Origin: Tubiluchus corallicola
Taxonomy: Eukaryota > Animalia > Priapulida
Length of the DNA: 64,000 nucleotides
Reading direction: 5' to 3'
NCBI GenBank assembly: GCA_030141605.1
Contig: JAQGDQ010000136.1
Span: forward strand, 186,001-250,000
In this document: one piece after another, positions 24,382-36,030 of the stretch
Position numbering within the stretch: the stretch's first letter is position 1
Layout: every line of letters starts with the position of its first letter
Program-made: the position numbers and the translations under genes
Notes under the pieces: model-generated
What the model saw: only the letters and a program-made list of their open reading frames with translations
Database searches by the model: none
What the model was told of the DNA's origin: nothing

Positions 24382-26047
24382 CAACACATTTACCTTCGTG
24401 TTTAAGTGACCAGTGTTTGAGGCTTTTCCTGTGCAGTATTTCTTATTTGTATTATATCCATTGTAGGCCCTTTCACTAGATATTGTATATGTAACCTTTG
24501 TAAATGTGTAAGGTGAAATAAATGACTTATGACTTCTAGTTTTGCTAGAAATGCACAATTCTTTTACAACTTTTCTCTGCATACATAAAAAATACAAGTA
24601 AGCACTACATAAAAATTTTGAATAAATAGAGCATTGCTGCATTTTGGCCCTGTGGTTCAAAATAACATAAAATAAAAAAGGAATAAGAGAACTGTGCTGA
24701 GTGACAAAAATTAAGGATGTACCGGATCTGGTTATTTTAATAGAACAGGATACGACAAAAAATGTTCCTAAGGAATTTGCACTGTTTGTATTTCTATTTT
24801 CCTACGTGTAAAACTAATTACTGTGCACCAGTTGCAAAAAAATTTGCGTGGGCAAGAAACAAAATTATATACGAAGCAGTTTAATTAAATAAATAGTCTT
24901 AATTTTTTAAAGAATCTGATCTTTATTCAAATGTTCAGAAATTTATGAAAATGCCAATTATCTTCACTCTGTGGTTGCATGCAGCAAGGAGCATGCAAAC
25001 AGAACGCTACTGCTGTAAAAATGTCTCCCTACTTCCAGTAAAAGCGTAGTTTGGCAGTTTTTTCCAATCAAAATTACTCAGTTAACAAATGTGTCCTTGC
25101 AAACAAAAACCATCCATAAGTCGGCATAGTAAAAGCTACGACATGATGCTTCAAAGTAGAAAGCACCCAAAATTTTCGTCTAATGGTAATTTTTTTGTTT
25201 TCTACAAAAACAAATGCTAAACATATTGGACTTTTACATTCTAGCACCAAATTATCAAGAAAATGTCCAAAAAATACTACAAATTTATTTTATAACTCCG
25301 TGCCCATTTCTCTGATTTTTTTCTGTTGTCAAGCCCAAATTTTTGTCAGGAAGAGCCATCTATTGGATTTAAACATAACTTCAATGTGCTCTTACAAAGT
25401 CCACAGCAACCACACTTTTGTACTGCTGCCAAGTGTTTTGTAGAGACGCGACGAAAAACAATGGCTGACTTTAGCAGCGACTTTCTCAAGATTTTCAGTG
25501 CGCAGTGTGCACCTTAACTTCAAGGTAGATTGTCTCAGTTTAGAACAAACATGGAACGATGAGCTAGGTATCAAATGACCCTCACGAAATGGAGATTCAA
25601 GATGTGTGAATAACTAGAAATCGTTAATTGTCGACTTATGGACGATATGCAAACACACAAATAAAAATGTTGCAACAGCAATCATTTAGCTAAAACAATT
25701 TTTCAATGCTCAATATTCAGTGATGACAACAATACATTTGCGGTTAGACGAATGTCTACAGTACTACACACAGTTGCATACTGCAACCAACACGTAAAGA
25801 GAATTTTGTTACAGACAACGCGCAAGACGGACGTACGAGTATGTTCGCCTGTGCAGTGTAATATAATCATACACTACCGTTTCAATTAACCTGTGACGCC
25901 CATAAGTCATTTATTTCAATGACGCCCTTAAATTCTTTTACTAAGCGCTTTTATTAACCGCGACGTTATTACACTAGTTTTTTCAAAAATGTGACTTTTA
26001 TTGAGATAAATTTTAGCGCACGTGCAGTTCGACATTTTGACAATTTT

Positions 26048-26059
26048 TGAGCATGCGCA
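26048..26059. promoter_or_regulatory. NRF1-like motif TGAGCATGCGCA in a CpG-dense patch; candidate cadherin promoter
   Basis: One mismatch to consensus, near a CACGTG E-box (~26019), just upstream of the CpG-depleted gene body. Confidence 0.4.
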
Positions 26060-29000
26060 TAATGAGACTGTAAAGTACTGCCGTCTTCTGAGTTTTCGTA
26101 TTTACAACCATAGCAATTTTTCTCGCGGCCTCGTAAATTTCTAATAATATAGGATAACAAGTCGTACCCTTAGCAAGTATCTTTTAGTAATTGAAGTCTT
26201 ATGGTAGTTTTTTATACAGTTCGGCACTTTGTAAGCTGGATTCCAGTATTCCGTATTCCAGCTGCGGTCTATTTAATAATGTCGGTTGTACGACGTATCT
26301 AAACTAGAACCTAGTTCGTGTGATGGGTAATTCAGTTTCTAAGATGGCTCTTAAATCGATGAGTCACCAGACCAGCTGTGTACCTTATACCTTAGAATCT
26401 CTAATTGTCTACACACCCTACCTTAAAGAGGTAAGTGACTGGGGGACAATGTGATAGATGAAAACAGCACAGACGTATAGGCCTACTTGACATCCAGGTT
26501 CCGTGTACTGTTTGAGAGAATCGCGAACTAGGCTTTGCTGGGGCCTGTACAGTCCTTCTGTACCAGGTCTTGTCTAACGCTGTTTAATGCGCTTAGGACT
26601 GTATATGGCTATACTGAAATAAATTTACAGGTCACCAACACAACCATTATTTTTTCTGCTTGGAAATTTGTTACTCACCCAACCACAAATTCCAGTACGT
26701 CAATCATTTAAATAATGCTGATTCTGAAGGTTTGTTTCTGGTTGAAAAAAGCACAAACACGAATCTTCCAAACAATACCACTTCTGGCAGATTCTGCGAC
26801 TATAATATTAATAACCAATAATCAGAGACAGAGATGGACTTAGGTTGTTGAACTGCGTTGACGAGACTCGTGCAGCCCTAATGTTACCCGCATGTCTCTG
26901 CGTTTGTTTTGAGCCAATATTGTTGTTTCGTAGAACATGTAGACTACAAAGCTTGGTGATCAATGCATACTTACAAGCACGCAAACCCGCGATTACAGAT
27001 GAAATTGTAGCAGTAGCTGTTTCAGTAATTAAGAAACGGAGAATTGTCATAAAAACAAGTAAACTCTAGTTTGGTAAGCGATGATTATAATTACATAGGC
27101 AGCAACTCAGGTACCGTACATATAGCATATCAGCGTACAGGTAGGTTCCTCTACGTTACAGATACAGAAATAGAAGAGTCGATTCAGCGCAAGTCAAATC
27201 CGTTCACACTTCACAATGACATGCCATAGATGCATGACTCTACACCACAACCAAGTATCATATCACCTTTAAACATCGTTTCTAATCAAGGCCCTTTATA
27301 AACCACTTCGATTCTGAAAGCGCCTTGAGTTCTAATCAGCCCGAGTGGTTTACTTTTTAGGTCAATTATAATATTATAAGTATGAATGTTGTGTTTCGAT
27401 ATAACTTTATCTTCAGTGATCCGAATGAAGTGAAAGCGCTGCCTTACTGTGTTGTTGTGTCCGAAAACTGACTGAGTATTCATGTAAAACCCTAGTTGAC
27501 CAAAACGTGCACAAAATTTTTAGATGTAACGCTTTTGCTTTTTAAGTAATCAATTGTGTGTAACAGACTTAAACAGTAGGGAATCCCACAACTTAATAAC
27601 AGATAAATATGACAGATAACCCTGTCCAACGTTTTGAGGATCTTTTATTTTTTTCCACTTTTGCTAAGTTTCAGTTTAGAAACTCGATTTTAACAAATAA
27701 TCAAAATTAATCATTAATTAAGTCGTGGTAATTCTATACTTTAGTACAAACCTAAGAAGCCGTCTTTATGATCTTAACTTTATCACCGCATAACAGACCT
27801 AAACATCTTTTCATAGTTGGTACAATTACTATAGAATTACTATAAACCTACTTTTAATTCTCTTATCAGCTTGTTTGCTGTACACCGTAAACCCTACAAA
27901 CAGTTTCTAATGTAAAACAAGATCAAACAGCAACATATGAAATGTTTAACCACTGCAATGAAATTACTCAGTTTGTCTATAGTACATGCTATAGGATGCG
28001 AACTTTGGACGTAGATAACGTAGTTATGGCAGACGATATGTACATGAAACAGAACACACCCACTTAATTTGCTTTGATCATCAATAAATTGTATAAACGC
28101 GTACCAACTCAATAAATTTGTAAATTATGCAGCCAAAAACGGAGTCATCACGCTGCAATGCCAGGGAAAAAAACTGAAAAAAGTGTGAAGAGCACGTCCA
28201 CGCACGTACACTCTCGGGCACACATATCTGATACCAGATACTTTTCCTGAATTCCCATACAAGTGTGATGTCGATCAGTTTACATTTTAAACAAAAGTAG
28301 AGATGTTTATTAACCATATGTGCATAACTTGAATTATACGTGATTCTAAAGCGTGCGTATTAATTTTGATAAGAATAATGTATTCAACCAGCACGCGTAG
28401 ATGTGTTTCCATGCATTATTGTATTTTTTCTTCTTATCAACTACGCTTAAAAACAGCCCTGTGTTTATAGGGACGTGTTCCTGTACGCGTTATGTATGTC
28501 AAAGCAATCAACTGTTTAAAATATTGAAAGGAAACATGCTATTTTTTCAAAAAGGACCTGCATTTCGGAAAAGCATTGCACAAAAAACAGGTGCTGTACC
28601 TCTCAGTTCAGATGCTGCATTAGTTTGTGAAGAACTACACACGTTCGACAACACATGCATGAGCACAGCGGTGAATTTGAATTTTTATCCTAAAACTTCC
28701 TAGTTTTAGTACAACACACTGAATATCTTACAGTAGCACTGTACTTCAATTTTCGCAAACACGTGCAACATGCTCGTGGAATATTTCTGCTGTTGAAAAT
28801 TATGTTAATTTGTGATGTCATCAATAGTTGGGTTCGCCTGCCGTTAACTAAGTTTTCAATCTATTATTAATTATCAGAAACGTTTTTGCAGTATTAATTG
28901 TATTAAAATGAATGCTTTTCATCAGACTTGAAAATAGGTTGGTATATGGGAAATTATTCTTTAAGTTTGTGATTTGTTTATTTGTGTTTATGTTCGTGAA

Positions 29001-29246
29001 ATAAAGCATTTGTTATTAATATCATACGCAAGCATGCACGGACCCTCTACATATTTCATTCGCTCGTACTCTCCGCTTTCAACCAACATTTTTCTATCCC
29101 TAAAAATAATATTGTATTTTACTATACATACTGCGAAAGTATCAGAGTGACTACAGAAATAATTAAAAATCTAAGTAAAGTAATTGAAGCAATGAGCAAA
29201 CTGATAACACAAACCTGTATAAAACTCAGTAAGTACTATACCTGCA

Positions 29247-29357
29247 GGGTTCAGGTCTGTTTCCCAAAAAATGTTTCCCAGAATTTTTTCACAGAAAAAC
29301 CATTTCTCAGAAAAATCAACTTCTCAAAAATAAAATTGCCAAAAATTTTCCTCTCTT

Positions 29358-29395
<38 letters not shown>

Positions 29396-29670
29396 TTATT
29401 CCTCTGTCTCTCCGCTTACCTCTCTCTTTCTCCTCCTCTCGTATTCTCTCTTTCAGTCTTTATCTCTCCTTCCCTGCTTGTCTCTCTACTCTTTCTCTCT
29501 CCCCTTTCTCTCATTCTCTTTATCTCTCGCTGCTTTCTCCTTTTCTTCTTTCTTTGCTTTGGACTCTGAGGTACTACCCTTGGTTTACATGCGTCTTAGT
29601 TTTCTTTACTCTCACTACTCTCCCTGTTTCATTCTGTCTAACTCTTACTGCCTCCTTTTTTTACTCTCTT

Positions 29671-29733
<63 letters not shown>

Positions 29734-30579
29734 TTCGCTCTCTTTCTCCCCGTGTCTCCCTCTCTCTTCTCTCTCTACTTCTCCCCATTTCACTTCCTCT
29801 CTCACGTAGCCCTCTTGTTCTCTCTCTTTTCCCTCTCCCTCTCTCTCTCACTCCCCCCTCTCTCTCAATCTCTCTCTGTCGCTATCTCTTTCTCTCCAAC
29901 TTGCTCTCTTTCTCTCTCTCCCTCTCGTTCTCTCTTTTCCACTTTAGCTCTCGTTTCTTCTTGTTCTCTCTCCTTCTTCCTCCTTCTTTTCTCATTCTCG
30001 CTCTGTCTATTTTTTAATTATTTACAATGCCTTGACTAATGACTACTGTATCAGAAATGAGAATCATTTCAATGACACAACGTTTAAAAGATTTTGTTTT
30101 GAAATAATACCTATATTGTTCTTTAATATTTGTTGTTGCAATTTTAAGTTATTTTTAAGATGAAATAGCATTCTTTAAAAGTATTTGTATCTTTGCTGCA
30201 TATAATCACTTCAAATACATTTAATTTTCGTAGGATTTTAATAAGGTTTAATAAATAATATAGAACATGAAAACACCGAGATTTTGTAAAACTCCGTGCA
30301 GATTTGTGAACATCTCGGGGTCTAAATTCACCAAATAAATTTTTACAAGTTCTTTATAGCAGGACCGGATTCTAGTTCATTCGTAAGAAATTCTCTTACT
30401 CTTAGGTGAAATACCTCACTCTGTGAATTCTGCAAATTTATTTTTCTATGAAATGACGGTGCTGAGAAAATTTTTCTGCGAAATCTCGAATCTGGGAAAA
30501 ATCTTTTTTGGGAAGATTTTTCTGGGAAATAATTTTTCCGGCAAAAAAACTTTTCTGGGAAAAAACGAGTCTATCCCCC
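29247..30579. mobile_element. Foldback-type element with inverted arms of ~15 bp TTCCCAGAA-like units enclosing a CT-rich tract
   Basis: Left arm TTCCCAAAA/TTCCCAGAA/TTCACAGAA/TTCTCAGAA (29260-29345); right arm carries the reverse-complement TTCTGGGAA units (30460-30565); GGG...CCC ends; no clear TSD. Confidence 0.6.
29351..30008. repeat. CT-rich low-complexity tract with pure (CT)n cores
   Basis: Seen directly; source of the spurious SLSL/ERER ORFs. Confidence 0.95.
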
Positions 30580-33500
30580 TTTACAGCCTGTAGTACGTAC
30601 ACAAAATTATGTACGTGCTATACATGCACAACTTAATAGTTAATGCGTGATTCACCCATAAACCACGAAGCTTGCAAAATAACATTACTGTGAAACTAGC
30701 GGACTTTGTTCCCATTTAATAGTTGATAATAGAAGCTGTAGCATTTAATGGGCAGACTACCTTGCATTCGCTGTAAATTTTTGCGAAGGAGTATCAATCA
30801 ATGCATAGTAATAGCAGTCACAACAACAACAACAATAATAACATTGGCGACTCAAAGGTCTGCGTTCTGCAAGCATTACCGCAAGTAAAACACGTTTGAA
30901 TATGCGTTCCGTAAATACTTTTATTTTATCTGTAAACAAATACATTTACCTGTAGAAAAGCATTTTAGCATAGTTACTGAAGACCTCTATTTAATTGAAA
31001 GCCAGAACTACTATTGTATCTGAACTAATTCGTTCTCTTCAAATGGTAATTTAGTCTGTATAATGTTGTATCAGCGTTGCATCTCAAATTTAAGCACATT
31101 TTCAGTGGATTAGATTTCGTATAATCGTATAATTCACGTATATTACAGTTTTTCTAGGTCAAAGATTGTCTGTCTCTTTCGCTTCGCATTTCTGCACACA
31201 AATATAACACCTATACTGACTAATGCACAACCTCAGACGAAGAAACCTTTTCACACATTATAAAATTGATTGCACCTGTTTACATAAATCACCATCTTCT
31301 TCGCATGCGCAAAAAAGAAATAACCTTTCGAAAAAACCGTGACAGCCATGAAAATCGGCTACTTAGGCCACGTCACAAAAACAGCATTGGCATGCATCAA
31401 ACCATCAACGGACTAGTACAAAATCACTGCAAAAATCAAGCTCGACACTTATTACTTCATCGAAATTGTTAAAACGATTTAAGATAAAGCTGTTTACAAA
31501 TCACAGCACTACTATTCAAGTATTGATTATCAAACTGACATTGACACGTTGATGTATCTACTATTTTATTTGGGTAACACAGCTAAAAACAATTTCCTTT
31601 TTCATCAATTACTGCTATTTAGTATAAAACAGCCGCGCACGCAATGTACAACTAATAATTGTATTTATAACAATTCTTCACAATAAAAATCCGTGAGAAT
31701 TTCGCTACAGTTATACACTATCACAAGCAGCTACAAGCAATGCACTGGTGCATGGGTTTTTTGTTAATAAATCAGAAAGAGAAAGCCCAAATCTGCGTTG
31801 ACTAACTGCGTTGACTCGGTCAGTCATCTCTGAATTCATCAAGCATACTTCCTTTGCATTTTCACTATACAGATAATAGCTGCCCTCATTAAAATACCGT
31901 GGATGGGTCTAGCTATCTGTGTGGCATACACGTAATTTATCGTTCATATAGTTCATGGGAAAACTATGCATAATTTATATATATATACAGGTAGGTAAGC
32001 TCATAATCTCAAATGTATATGTACAAACGCGTTTAATGATGTTTTTTGCAAACTATAAATCTTTATTATGGGGAACGTAGCGTACTTGACATTTCATGCA
32101 AAGAATATAAAGCCATTACATTTTGACAAAAATAATGAATCCAGTTTCAATTTATTTATTTCACATCAACAGCACATCATGGTAGCATACATTTTACATA
32201 CGTGTACATTATTGCATAATTTTAGTTGAAGCTAATAGGTATAATAAGGCAATTAGTACTGCAGTAGTTCAAGAAGTTTGTAATAGCTTGTAAGAATGAT
32301 CGAATGTGAAATGGAAACAAGGAGAGGAATCTATACACAAAAGTATGTAAAAATTCTAAGATGGTGCTATTCACTTTGGTTCACACAAGTTCACAACATG
32401 TGCCATTTTTATGTCGAGTATGTCCTAAATAGGTAGTTTCACACACCCAAATTACGATAATCATGTACTCCCTAATTGTGCTTTACAATAACGCGTAATC
32501 ACGATACAAACTTTGTAATTCCAACCGTCTTTACCTGCTAATTATCACAAGTTCTAAAAACCATTTTTACAACAGGAAAATCCGAACTTAAATTTTAAAC
32601 TACCGAGTTTGTTGTAATAAAGAATTAACGATTAAATAACATACCAAAGCGTAATTGAGTACATGTGTCTTTTGAGAGAAAACGCGTTGAATGAGCTACA
32701 TAATTCGCAATTCGGCGCATGTACTCGTATTATATTTAGCTTATTGTACAGGTACGAGCCGTGCGACAGTATTTCGCCCTTTGGGACGTGGCCTAGTAAC
32801 TCACAGCATACCGCTTGATAATTCCGGCAAGTCGTCCCGCTGAAGACACCAACCCGAAACTCACTGTTACCAACACAGAAATAACTGTAACCCGACATAC
32901 AAAATACAATCCCGGCGGCAGACCAACCTTGATCAGGTGCTGGACAATCTGGACGCTTGCATTGCAAATTTCCAGTTCATAATCCCTTGATTGCCCCATA
33001 ATCAAGCTTGTGTAGCGTATGTGTGCGTGTAAGCAGGTGTTTCTCACAGGTGAGGATTTACAAAATCTTTACGTATATCAACGAAGAGAGTATTATCATT
33101 ATAGCGACCATTGAACATATCCAAGTCAAATTAACAGGATCATTTTTGTACATGCTTTTAGCCTAAATTGTCAGACCATTTGATAGATTTATGTCTGAAG
33201 ATCGACGTCTGTCGATATAAATAAACATGTTATATTAACTAGCAAACAATAATTCAAAGAAAAATTCATTGAAGTGAAACAGTTTATACAAGTTTTCTCT
33301 AAATTTCCTATATTATATTCCATTAAAACTCATTAAACGCATGCGACACTGAACATTTTTCAGGTTTATGTAAATTTAAAACCTAGTTTTGTTATAACTT
33401 GCTGACATTAGTCTTAAATAACAATTATCAGAGATGCTTTATAATTGCAGAACATTTTACTTAAGTGCACATCTTTAGGCCTATTTGCTTTCAATTGGAT

Positions 33501-35073
33501 ATTGTACATTACTGTACTGGCCATCAGCTTACAGATTATCCAATCGATTAAGGGATTATCCAAACAAATCTCATGGATTTCACACTCAGAAATAGCTCAA
33601 TAAGTAATCCCTGCTAGGATAACCATTATAATTAGTTTCGTACCTCGTGTCTGTTTTTCAGTCCGTAAACGAAGCTTGAAGTCTAAATTAAAATGAAATA
33701 AAATAATGTAAAGTTTAACAATTTTACGTTTTATCAATATGCATACAACTAATTTTATAAGCTGAGAATTGAAACGTTTGACAAGTTTTGTTTAATCCCT
33801 TTTTCTTGGCAAGTACTAAATTCATGGTTACTGAGTGCTGTCATGGATAACATTACTGTTACATAAAATTTTAAAATAAACAATATTTCAACAATTGCAG
33901 CTTGCAGATTGTTTATAAAGACGATTTTCTGTAAGTAAAATGTTGCCTTTCCTACCATTACACTGAGTGTTTGCGACTAAATCCTCTTGACCAGTATCTT
34001 TGAATGTACACGAACTCTTCTTAGTTCAAAAATAGCATTAGTTGATGGCGACACCTGCTCTGTTAATGCCGGTGATAGCATCATACATAACACACGGTGG
34101 TGGCATCTTGTAACAACATCCACAAAATAATATGAGCTGGTATCTTTTTTTAAAAAAAGCTGAACGCACATGTTCTGGCCTGGGTAAGTGGATCAGATGG
34201 CCTTATGGCGAAATGTTCCTTGATATTTTTGACAGTTTCTAAGCTTGCAACAGGATGATGTTGAACCAAGCTGTACCAATCAACATAGCTAACAATTTAG
34301 TAATTCCTGCCACTGAAAAATCTCCCAAAACAACATTATTAATCTAATTGCCTGATTCCCTGTGGAACAACACTCATGAATCGCTGTATTAATTCAGTTA
34401 ATTATTAATTAACTTATAAAGATAATGGTAGGTACGCTCGTCGGCAACGATGTTAGTGACAAGTGGAATCAGTCAAGCATGTGTTTCAGCTCAGGTGTTC
34501 ACACAGGTACCATTAATCCATGCACCAGAAATTTTTAAACCACATTGAAAAGATGTAGTGTAGGGATTTTATTTAAACACACACTGGCATGCCTCATTTG
34601 GCATTTCAAAGTTGTCAGAAGGCTGCTGAAACTGAGGCAAGAATACCGGTAAATGATGCCTAATTTTGTGTTACTTTTTATTTTGGAAATGGTTTAACAT
34701 GTGTCATTATTATCTGCGTCCTTTCCTTAACAGTTCCCAAAGGAAAAAAAATGCTAAATCTGCCTTACGAGTTGCTGCTACTTGTGCTCTGTGTAAAACA
34801 TATAAGGTTTACTGCACAGCAACAAAGGCAGTCTTTTTGGTTAATCGTGTAATGTCCCAAGCACCGTAATAGTAAAAAAATCTATTGTTCTTAAAATAAG
34901 AATTGATCTTCAAATGATAATTCGACGAGAAGCTAGATCTAAAAAGAATTACGATTAAAAAAGTCAATAAACGAATGACACGCCCGCTTGGCGTCAATTA
35001 TTAAATGGAAGCCAGGTTACCATGACAGATAAGAATGTTGGCGCAGTTTATAAGTATTTAATAAAATACAAAA

Positions 35074-35247
35074 TTTGGAAGAGTTTACAACTCCCTCGCA
35101 CAATTTAAATACCCTAATCCTAACCTATCCCTAACGCTAATCTTAACCATAACTCCAACCCCATCCCAACCCTAATCATAATCCTAACCCTAGTCCACTT
35201 CACGAACTAATATCTTGTGTATGGGGAACTGTAAACTTTAGCCCAAA
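35074..35247. mobile_element. MITE with ~30 bp terminal inverted repeats around a degenerate (CCTAAC)n tract
   Basis: Left TTTGGAAGAGTTTACAACTCCCTCGCACAA versus reverse complement of right TTTGGGCTAAAGTTTACAGTTCCCCATACACAA; interior is CCTAAT/CCTAAC hexamers. Confidence 0.7.
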
Positions 35248-35516
35248 AGTTTAATATATCGCAATAGGTTAAAATATTTACCTTTTAAATCTAAGTGGTG
35301 ATTTACATCATTAACATCATCGCATTTGACTTCAGTTTCCATAACGTTAACTTCCAACTACATATCATTCTCACAAAGAAAATACAACGTTAAGAAAAAT
35401 AGACCTATTTACAGTGAATGCGTACTCCAATGATTACAACCACTTACTATCGACTGCTTATGATTGCTGCAAATTAAATTTCTCTGCATGCTATGAAACC
35501 TGAGTTCCCGCAAACA

Positions 35517-35527
35517 GCGCATGCGCA
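35517..35527. promoter_or_regulatory. NRF1/Ewg-type palindrome GCGCATGCGCA
   Basis: Matches the TGCGCATGCGCA consensus; about 70 nt from a minus-strand GTAAGT donor at 35442-35447. Confidence 0.45.
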
Positions 35528-35957
35528 TGAGCAAAGCAACCAGGTGTAACTAATTAACGGGTGGTCGAATGAATCAGTGTTAATGCATGCGGTTTGAAAT
35601 TGTAGTGACGAAGGAAAAACTGGCTGTTTTAATTAAAGGTCGACAGAAAGGGCAAATATGAATGACAGAGTCTGAGGGTAAAAATCGATGGATTTTAAGA
35701 TTAAATATGAATACTTTTTGTTTTTAGTATCTTTTTTGACATACGAAAATGCTCCACAGAGCAATAAGATTTGACCAATAATTTCAGTGAATTCGCTAAA
35801 GGAGTGACCACTGACTAAGCTAGTATCCTACTCCTATGAACGGTTTACTGAGCGACCTTCTCTGAAGCTTTGGAATATAAACTAAAAAGCACGAATTTCT
35901 AATTCTGAAATGAAGCAACATTAGTTAAGCTTTTAAAACCAAGAAAGGAAACGTATT

Positions 35958-36030
35958 AAGCGTGGACTTGAACCAGAGGCTTTTCAATTGCAAGTCCAAC
36001 GTCACACAAAGCCAACTACACCAGCTACCA
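35958..36030 (-). pseudogene. Degenerate tRNA-like sequence (possible SINE head)
   Basis: Minus strand GGTGTAGTTGG...CTTGCAA loop...GGTTCAAGTCC; stems poorly paired. Confidence 0.4.

Noticed and set aside
29147-30039. ORFs of 140-179 aa rich in S/L/F (similar ones at 51598-52038 and 59702-60514)
   Set aside because: Polypyrimidine tracts cannot contain stop codons; no domain or splice support.
32840-32880. Hammerhead-like CTGAAGA...CGAAAC
   Set aside because: The intervening CACCAACCC cannot form stem II, and no stem III/NUH is evident.
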